Positions 7,489 through 15,750 of a stretch of 32,000 nucleotides of DNA are shown piece by piece; position 1 is the stretch's first letter; each line of letters starts with the position of its first letter. This stretch comes from Desulfobulbaceae bacterium S3730MH12. GTDB taxonomy: Bacteria > Desulfobacterota > Desulfobulbia > Desulfobulbales > Desulfocapsaceae. Under the pieces are notes generated by a model. The model was not told the DNA's origin. It worked only from the letters and a program-made list of their open reading frames with translations, and searched no databases. Made by a program: the position numbers and the translations under genes. The DNA is taken from contig MAXH01000042.1 of assembly GCA_001750925.1 (NCBI GenBank), forward strand, positions 1-32,000, in the 5' to 3' direction.

Positions 7489-8226
7489 ATGACGGAAAAA
7501 AACGAACAGCAGATAGCCATAGTAACCGGAGGCAGTAAGGGAATTGGCAGGGCAATCTGTGTGGAGCTGGCCCGAGCCGGTTATTACATCATTATCAATT
7601 ACATGAGGGATAAAAAGGGTGCAGAGCAGACCTTGGCAGAAGTCAAAGATGCTGGCAGTCAGGGAGAAATTTATCAGTTTGATGTAAGAGACATGGCGGT
7701 TGCCGAGAAGGTAGTTGAGGATATTGCAGAACGGCTGGGCAGCATTGCTGTTCTGGTCAATAACGCCGGCATCATAGCAGATGGTTTATTTATGATGATG
7801 TCTCAAAATAACTGGCAGTCTGTGATTGATACCAGTTTGCACGGTTTTTACAATATGACCCGACCCGTAATTGAAAAAATGGTGCGCAGACGAAAAGGAG
7901 CCATTGTTTCCATCTCTTCCGCCAGCTCTCTTATGGCCAACCGGGGTCAGGCCAACTATTCAGCAGCCAAGGCCGGTTTGAATGGTGCCAGCAGAGCAGT
8001 TGCTTCTGAGGTTGCCCGACTCGGCATCCGGATCAACGTAGTAGCCCCTGGCCTTATTGAAACAGATATGATCAGAGATGTGCCAAAAGATCAGATCAAA
8101 GCCATGATCCCCATGGCCCGCATTGGCAAGCCTGAAGAGGTTGCCCGGGTGGTAGGTTTTCTCTGCTCCGATGCGGCTTCCTATCTGACCGGCCAGATAA
8201 TATCAGTGAACGGCGGGATGTTTTAA
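7489..8226 (+). CDS. fabG: 3-oxoacyl-ACP reductase, SDR family (FabG-like ketoreductase)
   Basis: TGGSKGIGRAI cofactor motif, NNAG, and the catalytic Ser...YSAAK triad (ISSASS...NYSAAKAG). 245 aa. Confidence 0.9.
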   Translation: MTEKNEQQIAIVTGGSKGIGRAICVELARAGYYIIINYMRDKKGAEQTLAEVKDAGSQGEIYQFDVRDMAVAEKVVEDIAERLGSIAVLVNNAGIIADGLFMMMSQNNWQSVIDTSLHGFYNMTRPVIEKMVRRRKGAIVSISSASSLMANRGQANYSAAKAGLNGASRAVASEVARLGIRINVVAPGLIETDMIRDVPKDQIKAMIPMARIGKPEEVARVVGFLCSDAASYLTGQIISVNGGMF

Positions 8227-8238
8227 TGAAGCTGCACA
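8225..8238 (+). repeat. 14-nt start-region repeat AATGAAGCTGCACA (copy 1, LolA-like gene start)
   Basis: The same 14-mer recurs at 8815..8828, the start of the next gene. Both encode MKLH and begin a signal peptide. Confidence 0.85.
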
Positions 8239-8819
8239 CTCTGCTCATTGCCGTCTGGTTTTTTATCCTCGCTCCCCCACCCTCCTTCGGCTCTGCTGAC
8301 AGGAATCAGGTTCACCTGGATTCTATTCGGGCGGATTTCGTCCAGGAAAAGCATCTGAAAATACTTGCCCGACCACTAATCTCTACCGGGATCTTTGCCT
8401 TTCAGGCGCCCCGTTCACTGCGTTGGGAATACCTCACTCCTGTGCCATCCATCATGCTCATGCACAACGGTAAATTGAGCAAATATACTAAGATAGACGG
8501 TCAGTTCACAAAACAACGGGGGATGGGACTTGACTCCATGCAGTTTATGCTGGGCGAAATCAGCAACTGGCTTGATGGGCGATTTGCAGAAAATGAGATG
8601 TTCGTCGCATCTTTTCCTGACGAACAAACCATCCTGCTCAAGCCCAAAGATCAAACCCTCGCCGGTCTCATCAGCAAAATTGAACTTAAACTTTCAGATC
8701 AAAGAGGAATCCTTGACACTATAATGATTTTTGAAGGTTCTGACTCTTACACCAGGATGACCTTCAGTAATACCGTTATCAACAAAAATATCCCCGCCTC
8801 CCTTTTCACCCAAAAATGA
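8226..8819 (+). CDS. LolA-like outer-membrane lipoprotein carrier family protein (secreted)
   Basis: N-terminal signal peptide MKLHTLLIAVWFFILAPPPSFGSA. The LolA-like pattern RADFVQEK...GIFAFQAPRSLRWEY..P is present. About 197 aa. A LolA-like gene sits at this position in APE-type clusters. Confidence 0.7.
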   Translation: MKLHTLLIAVWFFILAPPPSFGSADRNQVHLDSIRADFVQEKHLKILARPLISTGIFAFQAPRSLRWEYLTPVPSIMLMHNGKLSKYTKIDGQFTKQRGMGLDSMQFMLGEISNWLDGRFAENEMFVASFPDEQTILLKPKDQTLAGLISKIELKLSDQRGILDTIMIFEGSDSYTRMTFSNTVINKNIPASLFTQK

Positions 8820-8828
8820 AGCTGCACA
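8815..8828 (+). repeat. 14-nt start-region repeat AATGAAGCTGCACA (copy 2, lipoprotein gene start)
   Basis: Identical to 8225..8238. Confidence 0.85.
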
Positions 8829-9481
8829 TCTTCTGCCTGTCTACCGTGATGATCCTGCTTACCAGCTGTGCTGTAGAAAAACAGAGGCACCTTCCGAATT
8901 TATCACCCGCTCCGGCCTTGGAGGAAACGTCCTGCTCTGCAGCTGTCTTCCCCCAGGGTAAATGGCAGTTTATCCACGCCATCGACTTCAGCATGAAAAA
9001 CGGTGCCGGCACCGCTGTTATCGGAGTTACCAGCCTTAGCAGAAATAGGATTGATTGTGCCCTGATCACCATTGAAGGACTCACACTTTTTGAGGCAGCC
9101 TACGAAGAGGAAAAGGGGCTGGAAATCCGGCGGGCAGTTCCCCCATTCGACAAGCCCCTGTTTGCAGAAGGGTTGATACGAGATCTGCGGACAATTTTTC
9201 AACCTCCGACCGGCGGTATGCAGACAGGGCAAATCCCCGGAGCAATAACTGTATGCCGGTATGCTGATAACATGGGCAGGGTTATAGATGTCCTCCCTGA
9301 AGCGGATGACTGCTGGCAGATTAATATTTACAATTCAGAGATGACCCTGGATCGTTCCATTACAGGAAGATCATGCAGAAACAATGGCTCTGCTCAGGTC
9401 CCTGAATATCTTGAGCTTAACAGTTACGGCCAAACCGGCTATACTCTTAAAATGACACTGATACGCGCTGATAAACTTTGA
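8816..9481 (+). CDS. putative lipoprotein of unknown function
   Basis: Signal peptide with lipobox MKLHIFCLSTVMILLTSC (L-T-S-C). No catalytic motifs recognised. Translationally coupled on both sides (ATGA, TGATG). It may correspond to the small lipoprotein (DUF-type) seen in APE clusters, which is unverified. Confidence 0.6.
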   Translation: MKLHIFCLSTVMILLTSCAVEKQRHLPNLSPAPALEETSCSAAVFPQGKWQFIHAIDFSMKNGAGTAVIGVTSLSRNRIDCALITIEGLTLFEAAYEEEKGLEIRRAVPPFDKPLFAEGLIRDLRTIFQPPTGGMQTGQIPGAITVCRYADNMGRVIDVLPEADDCWQINIYNSEMTLDRSITGRSCRNNGSAQVPEYLELNSYGQTGYTLKMTLIRADKL

Positions 9482-10758
9482 TGAAATTTAAACTTATCTA
9501 CCCTAAATGGGCCAAGCTGAGCAGACAGACAGAATTTCATCTGCCCCCCCACGGCCCCGTGGTTTTTGCCGCGACCCTTCCTGATAATATTGATATCGAT
9601 TTTATTGATGAAAATCTGGAAACCATCGATTTTGACGACGATGTTGACTTCGTAGGCATCTCAATGATGCTCACAGTCCAGGTAAAAAGGGGCTGGGAAA
9701 TTGCTGATAACTACCGCAAGAGAGGAATTAAGGTTATTTTTGGCGGCATTGCAACCATGCTCCATGCTGAAGAAACCATGGAACATGCAGATTCAGTTTT
9801 TCTCGGTGAAGCGGAAGGGAGAATGGCGCAGGTTCTCTCTGATTTCAACCATGACAGGTTGCAGCCATGCTATGATTTTTTAAGCGAAAGACCCGATATT
9901 GATCTGGTAGGTGCGGCGAGAAGAGATATCCTCAACCGCAAACTCTACAACTTCAAAGGCGTGCAGATGGTAGACCTGGTGCATGCTTCAAGAGGCTGCC
10001 GTTTTAACTGTTACCCCTGTGCCGTCTCCTACCTAGGAGGAAGGGTCTTTCGACCACGCCCCATCGATAAGGCGGTGGCCGAGATCGCCGGTATTGACAA
10101 TAACCGGCTCTTTATTGTCGATAACTCCCTGGCCCAGGATACCAAGTGGGAAATGGATCTGTTCAGGGAGATGATTCCGCTGAAAAAGAACTGGTGCTCT
10201 CATCCCATTGAGGATAACCCTGAGGTTCTTGATCTGGCAGCACAGGCGGGAGCCTGGTATGTGTACCAGGCAGTCTTTGATACCTCTGACTATATCAAAG
10301 AGCGGATCAAACGCTATCATGATCATGGAATCGGCGTGGAGGGAACAATCCTGCTCGGGCTCGACAGCCATACTGAAGATTCCATTAAACGGTTGATTGA
10401 TTTCCTTCTTGAGATTGAACTGGATCTTGCCGAATTTACCGTACTGACACCTTTTCCTCATACCAAAGCCTATGATGAACTGAACAAAAATAATCGTATC
10501 CTGTCCCGGGACTGGGATGATTTTTCAGCTGACCGGGTAGTATTTCAGCCAAAAAACATGAGCTCGCAGAAATTGCAGGAACTGCTCGATTACGCCTGGA
10601 ATACCTTTTATCAAGATGAACCCCAGCGAATAAAAATGGCCCGACTATTTAAGCAGGTTGTTAAAAAAGAGATGGAAAATAATACCTTCAGGCCAAGGGA
10701 CAGGAGCCTGACCGGACAATCTTTTGGCAAACCGGTAAACCGAGAAAATGCGCGCTGA
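9481..10758 (+). CDS. B12-binding-domain radical SAM enzyme (class B rSAM)
   Basis: N-terminal B12-domain-like region (FVGISMMLTVQ...IKVIFGGIATM). Followed by ASRGCRFNCYPCAV (CX3CX2C). The ATG at 9481 overlaps the preceding stop (TGATG); the track start at 9478 is a TTG. Confidence 0.85.
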   Translation: MKFKLIYPKWAKLSRQTEFHLPPHGPVVFAATLPDNIDIDFIDENLETIDFDDDVDFVGISMMLTVQVKRGWEIADNYRKRGIKVIFGGIATMLHAEETMEHADSVFLGEAEGRMAQVLSDFNHDRLQPCYDFLSERPDIDLVGAARRDILNRKLYNFKGVQMVDLVHASRGCRFNCYPCAVSYLGGRVFRPRPIDKAVAEIAGIDNNRLFIVDNSLAQDTKWEMDLFREMIPLKKNWCSHPIEDNPEVLDLAAQAGAWYVYQAVFDTSDYIKERIKRYHDHGIGVEGTILLGLDSHTEDSIKRLIDFLLEIELDLAEFTVLTPFPHTKAYDELNKNNRILSRDWDDFSADRVVFQPKNMSSQKLQELLDYAWNTFYQDEPQRIKMARLFKQVVKKEMENNTFRPRDRSLTGQSFGKPVNRENAR

Positions 10759-12109
10759 ATCTCCACCCGATATCAAAAAGAATATAGATGAACTGCTGCG
10801 GGGAGCATTATTTCCCGATAAAGAGTTTATCTGTTTCGGCTCTACTTTTGGTGATGTGTATAAAATGGCATCCCGGTTGCGTGTGGCGTTAGCAAATCCC
10901 CGGTATCAGGGGACAGCTGTCTGCCTTGCCACAGACAGCAAAGCAGTTATGGCTGCGGCTCTGCTGGCATCACTGGGGGGAGGGCCAGCCCTTCTTCTAC
11001 CCTATGCGTTTTCTGCCGGAGCCCTCGACAAAATGCACCAGGAAACCGGTTTTACAACTGCTGTTTCCGATCTGGATAGAGAATTCCCCAAAGGGGTTGA
11101 AGTTATCTGCCCACAATTTACAAAGACCGCTGAAGCTCCAATTAATACTCACACCTTGCCCCGCTCGGAACTACTGAAAATTTTCACCGGTGGTTCCACA
11201 GGTTCACCGCAGATCTGGCTCAAAACTTCGGAAAATATTTTCAGTGAAGGATTTTTTCTGGCAAATCGTTATAAAATAACTGAACAAGACTGCATTCTGG
11301 CCACCATCCCGCCTTACCATATCTACGGTCTGCTTTTCTCTATTGTCCTGCCTCTGGTCTCATCGGCATCTGTTGTAGAAGAAGTACCATCCTTTCCCGG
11401 TGAAATTACCCGTGCCGCCCAAGACAATAAGGTCACAATCCTGGCCAGTGTCCCCGCCCATTATCGGGCCTTACGTGATAAAAAAATATCGTTGAGACTG
11501 GCCGTTTCCTCGGCCGGCATGCTTGATGCGAAAGACAATGAAACATTCAGCCAATTAAACAGAGCCGGAATAGAGGAGATATATGGATCCACCGAAACCG
11601 GAGGAATAGCGACTAGAAACAGGTTCCTCGGTGAAAAGTATTTCACTCCTTTTACAACAATTGAATGGAAAATTATAAACCATCGGCTTGCTGTTCGCTC
11701 ACCCTATATCTCACCCGACCTGCCTGTTGATACCGAAGGGTTCTTCACCGCCAATGACCGGGTAGAGGCTGAAGAAACAGACAAATTTTCCCTGCAGGGG
11801 AGAATCGACGCTGTGACAAAAGTTGGAGGTAAACGGGTTGATCTTGAGGAAATCAGTACCCTTATTAAAGGTGAATCAGATGTTGATGACTGTGTAGCTC
11901 TGGCCCTTCCTGAAAAGGGAGGTCGTGAACACCGGATTGGCGTTTTGATCCAGGGGCACAGAGTGGAACCGAAAATGATTAAAAAATCACTGGTCAATGC
12001 CCTTGAGCCATACGCCATGCCCCGTCGCATTAAAGTAGTTGATCGAATTCCCGTAAATAAAAACGGTAAATATGACTGGCGTACTATTGCGCGGCTTCTT
12101 GAAAAATGA
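10748..12109 (+). CDS. AMP-dependent synthetase/ligase (ANL superfamily; acyl/aryl-ACP or -CoA ligase)
   Basis: ANL motifs: FTGGSTGSPQ (degenerate A3 P-loop), YGSTETGG (A5), GRIDAVTKVGGKRVDLEEI (A8), and the C-terminal NKNGKYDW lysine (A10). At 453 aa it is short, like APE-cluster ligases. Confidence 0.85.
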   Translation: MRAESPPDIKKNIDELLRGALFPDKEFICFGSTFGDVYKMASRLRVALANPRYQGTAVCLATDSKAVMAAALLASLGGGPALLLPYAFSAGALDKMHQETGFTTAVSDLDREFPKGVEVICPQFTKTAEAPINTHTLPRSELLKIFTGGSTGSPQIWLKTSENIFSEGFFLANRYKITEQDCILATIPPYHIYGLLFSIVLPLVSSASVVEEVPSFPGEITRAAQDNKVTILASVPAHYRALRDKKISLRLAVSSAGMLDAKDNETFSQLNRAGIEEIYGSTETGGIATRNRFLGEKYFTPFTTIEWKIINHRLAVRSPYISPDLPVDTEGFFTANDRVEAEETDKFSLQGRIDAVTKVGGKRVDLEEISTLIKGESDVDDCVALALPEKGGREHRIGVLIQGHRVEPKMIKKSLVNALEPYAMPRRIKVVDRIPVNKNGKYDWRTIARLLEK

Positions 12110-13824
12110 GTGCTATCGAAAAAAGTTTTGCTGCCGGCTATGCATATCTTTCTGCCTGGACAGATCTTCTGGATCAGATCAATGTCTTTCCTGTTACTGA
12201 TGGAGATACCGGAACCAATCTGCGTATCAGCCTGGCTCCGCTTCGCAGCAGTGACGGAAACGTCAGAAACACCCGCACCCTGCTGGCTCACTGTGCAACG
12301 GGAAACTCCGGTAATATTGCTGCGGCTTTTTTTCGGGAATTTTGTCAGGCTAAAAGCTCCTGTGAGCTTGCAGAAACAACCGCGGCGGGCAGAGAAATGG
12401 CCTGGCAGGCAATTGCCAGTCCCTGTGCCGGAACCATGCTCACGGTATTTGACAAACTGGCTTCGACACTGGCATCTGTGACCGAACCGGAAAACCTTTA
12501 TTCCTCCCTCAACCCGGAATTACAGAAGGCAGTCCATACCACATCAGAGATCCTGCCTGAGCTCAAGGAGGCCGGCGTGGTGGATTCCGGTGCCCTGGCC
12601 ATGTACCTTTATTTTGACGGCTTCTTCAGAAATCTCACCGGACAAAAAGATGACCCGGTCTCCATCATTGACATTTTTGCAGGCAAACTTGCTGTCAGCA
12701 GCTCTTTCCAACCGGAAAACACCAACGACTACTGTGTAGATGTTACCCTTCAGGTAGAAGATAAAGAAACAACAACCCGAAACTCCATTGCAGAGCTTGG
12801 GGAAAGTGCGGTGATATTGCAGGATAAATCAACCATGAAGGTTCACCTTCATACCCCTGACCCGCGCCGCCTGCGAAACCAGCTCGATTCGTTTGGTGAT
12901 GTCAGTGACTGGTCCCATGAAAAAATTAATCAGCAAACTGGAAAACAACAGGTAGAGGCCGGTAAAGAAGCAGTTCTCCATATTGTGACAGATGCCGCCG
13001 GCTCCATAACCAGAAAAATGGCCAGAGACCATGGCATTACCCTGCTTGACAGCCACATCATAGCAGGAGACAACTCAAGGCCGGAAAGTCTGTACAGCCC
13101 TGATCAAATCTACCCTTTGATGCGCAAAGGCATAAAAATTACCACCGCGCAATCCTCCACCCTCGAACGGCATCAGCACTATCAAAGTATTTGCCGGCAG
13201 TTCGGTCGTTCACTCTACCTTTGCGTTGGTTCTGCTTTTACCGGTAACTATGCTGCCGCTGCTGCCTGGAAGAAAGAATATGATCCCCAGAATTTTTTTA
13301 CCGTATTAGACACAGGTGCAGCTTCCGGACGACTTGCACTTATAGCCCTGCTCACCGCCGGACATTCAAAATTTGTCAACTCCTCCGAGGAGGTCATCGA
13401 GTTTGCCCGAAAAAGTATTACAGAATGTAAAGAGTATGTCTTCATAGACCAACTGAAATATCTCGTTGCCGGCGGTAGAATAACAAGAACCAGAGGTTTT
13501 TTCGGAAATCTGCTCAACATAAAACCTGTTATCAGCCCAACCGAAAATGAAGTGCGCAAAATTGCTGTGGTCCATAGTAGAAATGGACAACTTGAGTTTG
13601 CCCTGAAAAAGATCAACAACTCTTTTCAGAAATCTACCGCCTCCCCCCTGATCATGCTCCAATACACAGATAATGAGAAATGGGTGGGTGACACTGTGCA
13701 GTCGCAGATAAGAGCCCTGCTGCCGAAAGCTGAAATACTACTCACGCCTCTCTCCCTCACCTCCGGTGTTCATATGGGCCCTGGAACATGGTCCATAGCC
13801 TTCACCCGCCTGCACTTGACATGA
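12106..13824 (+). CDS. Dak2 (FakA/DhaL-like kinase domain) - DegV (FakB-like fatty-acid-binding domain) fusion protein
   Basis: N-terminus: INVFPVTDGDTGTNL and CATGNSGNI match the Dak2/FakA motifs DGDTGTN and GNSG. The C-terminal ~280 aa are DegV-like: HIVTDAAGS, TTAQSS, GSAFTGNY, VLDTGAASG, LVAGGRITRTRGFFGNLLNIKPVIS and GVHMGPGTWSIAF. Confidence 0.8.
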   Translation: MSAIEKSFAAGYAYLSAWTDLLDQINVFPVTDGDTGTNLRISLAPLRSSDGNVRNTRTLLAHCATGNSGNIAAAFFREFCQAKSSCELAETTAAGREMAWQAIASPCAGTMLTVFDKLASTLASVTEPENLYSSLNPELQKAVHTTSEILPELKEAGVVDSGALAMYLYFDGFFRNLTGQKDDPVSIIDIFAGKLAVSSSFQPENTNDYCVDVTLQVEDKETTTRNSIAELGESAVILQDKSTMKVHLHTPDPRRLRNQLDSFGDVSDWSHEKINQQTGKQQVEAGKEAVLHIVTDAAGSITRKMARDHGITLLDSHIIAGDNSRPESLYSPDQIYPLMRKGIKITTAQSSTLERHQHYQSICRQFGRSLYLCVGSAFTGNYAAAAAWKKEYDPQNFFTVLDTGAASGRLALIALLTAGHSKFVNSSEEVIEFARKSITECKEYVFIDQLKYLVAGGRITRTRGFFGNLLNIKPVISPTENEVRKIAVVHSRNGQLEFALKKINNSFQKSTASPLIMLQYTDNEKWVGDTVQSQIRALLPKAEILLTPLSLTSGVHMGPGTWSIAFTRLHLT

Positions 13825-14525
13825 AACCAGCTGTCATAATTCCTGTTTATAATCACGACCGTCAAGTCGTCGAAGTCATCCGGCAAACCTGTAAACTGGG
13901 TCTGCCGATCTTTGTGATTGATGATGGTTCAACAGACTCCACCTCCACCAATATTGATACGCTGAAAGGAATCACTGTCCTTCACCACCCCGTTAACAAG
14001 GGCAAAGGAGCCGCCATTCTCACCGGTCTTGCCGCCGCCGGAGAACAGAATTGTGACTATGCCATCACCCTGGATGGGGACGGCCAGCACAATCCTGAAA
14101 ATGCTGCAGAATTACTCCGCGCAGTCGATAACGGCGAGCGATGCATTGTCATCGGCAGCCGACAGGGCATGAAGGATGGAAAAAACGTGCCATGGACCAG
14201 CAAATTTGGCCGCAAATTTTCCAACTTCTGGGTGTGGGCAGCCGGTGGGCCTAAAGTGCAGGATTCCCAGTCCGGTTTCAGGCTCTATCCTGTCCCTGAA
14301 ACACTCCAGTTGGGCGTAAAAGCCAGGCGGTACCAGTTTGAGGTAGAGGTACTGGTCAAGGCCAGACAGCAGGGTATTAAAATCAGGGAAGCACCGGTGC
14401 AGGTCGTCTACCAGGCAAAAGGGAAACGAATCAGCCATTTCCGGCCCTGGCTTGATTTCTGGCGTAATTCGACCACCTTCAGCAGGCTGATATTTGCCCG
14501 CTTTTTCAGGATATTTCGGCCATGA
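13821..14525 (+). CDS. family 2 glycosyltransferase
   Basis: KPAVIIPVYNH, FVIDDGSTDST and TLDGDGQH (DxD-type) motifs. The ATG at 13821 overlaps the upstream stop (ATGA). The track start at 13788 lies inside the preceding gene. Confidence 0.85.
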   Translation: MKPAVIIPVYNHDRQVVEVIRQTCKLGLPIFVIDDGSTDSTSTNIDTLKGITVLHHPVNKGKGAAILTGLAAAGEQNCDYAITLDGDGQHNPENAAELLRAVDNGERCIVIGSRQGMKDGKNVPWTSKFGRKFSNFWVWAAGGPKVQDSQSGFRLYPVPETLQLGVKARRYQFEVEVLVKARQQGIKIREAPVQVVYQAKGKRISHFRPWLDFWRNSTTFSRLIFARFFRIFRP

Positions 14526-15391
14526 ATAATTTCTGGTATAAACTGCTTACCCGGACTGCCAACTTGTGTGGATCGTGGTTATTTATCATCGTATCCCGGA
14601 CTGTTGCCGCCGGCTACTTTCTACTTTCCAGGCGGGTGAGAGAAAGCAGCCGCTTCTATGCCGCCCTCTATCCCGGCAGAGGAAAACTCTACCATCTATG
14701 GTGCAGCTTTTACCAGTATCAGAATTTCACAACCATTCACCTTGACAGATTTTTGGCGAATCAAGCTAAATCAGTAACCTTTACATCCCAGGGTTGGGAA
14801 AAACTGGAATCGGTCATTGGATCCCGGGGTGGTATTCTTCTTATGTCACATCTTGGCAACTGGGAAATTGCCGCAACACTGCTCAAGCGGCAGAAAAACA
14901 ACCTGCGTCTGCTCCTCTATATGGGTATAAAGGAAAAAGAAGGGATAGAAAAGGCCCAAAAAGATACCCTCCGCAGATCCGGAGTAACCATCATTGGAGT
15001 AGAAAAAGAAGACAGTTCACCATTTTCCGCGTTGGAAGGTATTCGCTTTCTGCAGTCGGGAGGTCTGGTATCCATGGCAGGCGATATCGTCTGGCGCAAA
15101 GATCAACGAAAGGTATGTGTTTCTTTTCTGGGCCATGATGCCTTCCTGCCGGAAGCACCTTTTGTTTTTGCTCTGGTATCAGGTGCCCCGCTTTTTGTCT
15201 TCTTTGCATTCCGCACCGGCAAAAACTGCTACCACTTCACCCTGTCAGATCCAATCCCGGTTCGAACCGTATCCCGTCAGGATAGAGCCGAAGCCATCTC
15301 ACAGGCTGCTCAGCAGTACGCTGATCTGCTGGAAGAATCACTCCGGAAACATCCATTTGAATGGTATCATTTTGATCGATTTATTCATTGA
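14522..15391 (+). CDS. LpxL/HtrB-family lysophospholipid (lipid A-type) acyltransferase
   Basis: 289 aa with an N-terminal membrane anchor. The LLMSHLGNWE motif is the HxxxxD/E acyltransferase box as found in the lauroyl/myristoyl acyltransferase family. ATGA overlap with the GT2 gene. Confidence 0.75.
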   Translation: MNNFWYKLLTRTANLCGSWLFIIVSRTVAAGYFLLSRRVRESSRFYAALYPGRGKLYHLWCSFYQYQNFTTIHLDRFLANQAKSVTFTSQGWEKLESVIGSRGGILLMSHLGNWEIAATLLKRQKNNLRLLLYMGIKEKEGIEKAQKDTLRRSGVTIIGVEKEDSSPFSALEGIRFLQSGGLVSMAGDIVWRKDQRKVCVSFLGHDAFLPEAPFVFALVSGAPLFVFFAFRTGKNCYHFTLSDPIPVRTVSRQDRAEAISQAAQQYADLLEESLRKHPFEWYHFDRFIH

Positions 15392-15429
15392 ACCATGATA
15401 GTCTCGTAAAAATCGTAGATTTGGTATCA

Positions 15430-15435
15430 TATAAT
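15430..15435 (+). promoter_or_regulatory. candidate -10 box (perfect TATAAT) in the only sizeable gap of the plus operon
   Basis: TATAAT at 15430..15435, 38 nt upstream of the ACP ATG at 15473. No convincing -35 element. Confidence 0.2.
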
Positions 15436-15472
15436 TTTTTTCCCAGAAAGTTCTCGCTTGATAAGTCCTATT

Positions 15473-15745
15473 ATGACCAGAGATGAATTAAAAGATAAAA
15501 TCTTAACAATCCTGACTGAAGATTTTGAATTTGAAAAACCCGGCCTGAACGACAATCTCCGAAACGACCATGGTTTTGACAGTATTGATGCCATTGAACT
15601 GCTGGGGAAAATTGAGATCATCCTTGACTTTTCCCTTACCCGGGATGAAAAAGAAAAGGCCATGGAAATCAGAACAATCAACGATATCCTTGATTATATT
15701 GAAGGAATCGTACAGTCTCGAAACAAACAACCAACTTCAGTCTGA
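15473..15745 (+). CDS. acyl carrier protein (third ACP of the cluster)
   Basis: HGFDSIDAIELLGKIE contains the phosphopantetheine serine. About 90 aa from the ATG at 15473; the track start at 15458 is a TTG. Confidence 0.85.
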   Translation: MTRDELKDKILTILTEDFEFEKPGLNDNLRNDHGFDSIDAIELLGKIEIILDFSLTRDEKEKAMEIRTINDILDYIEGIVQSRNKQPTSV

Positions 15746-15750
15746 TATCC

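Noticed and set aside
10033-12291. Minus-strand ORFs 10033..10461 and 11704..12291
   Set aside because: They are embedded opposite the B12-rSAM, AMP-ligase and Dak2-DegV genes, with no motifs or RBS. Shadow ORFs.
15251-15270. tRNA T-loop-like string GGTTCGAACC
   Set aside because: It lies inside the LpxL-like acyltransferase coding frame. The flanks cannot form acceptor or anticodon stems.
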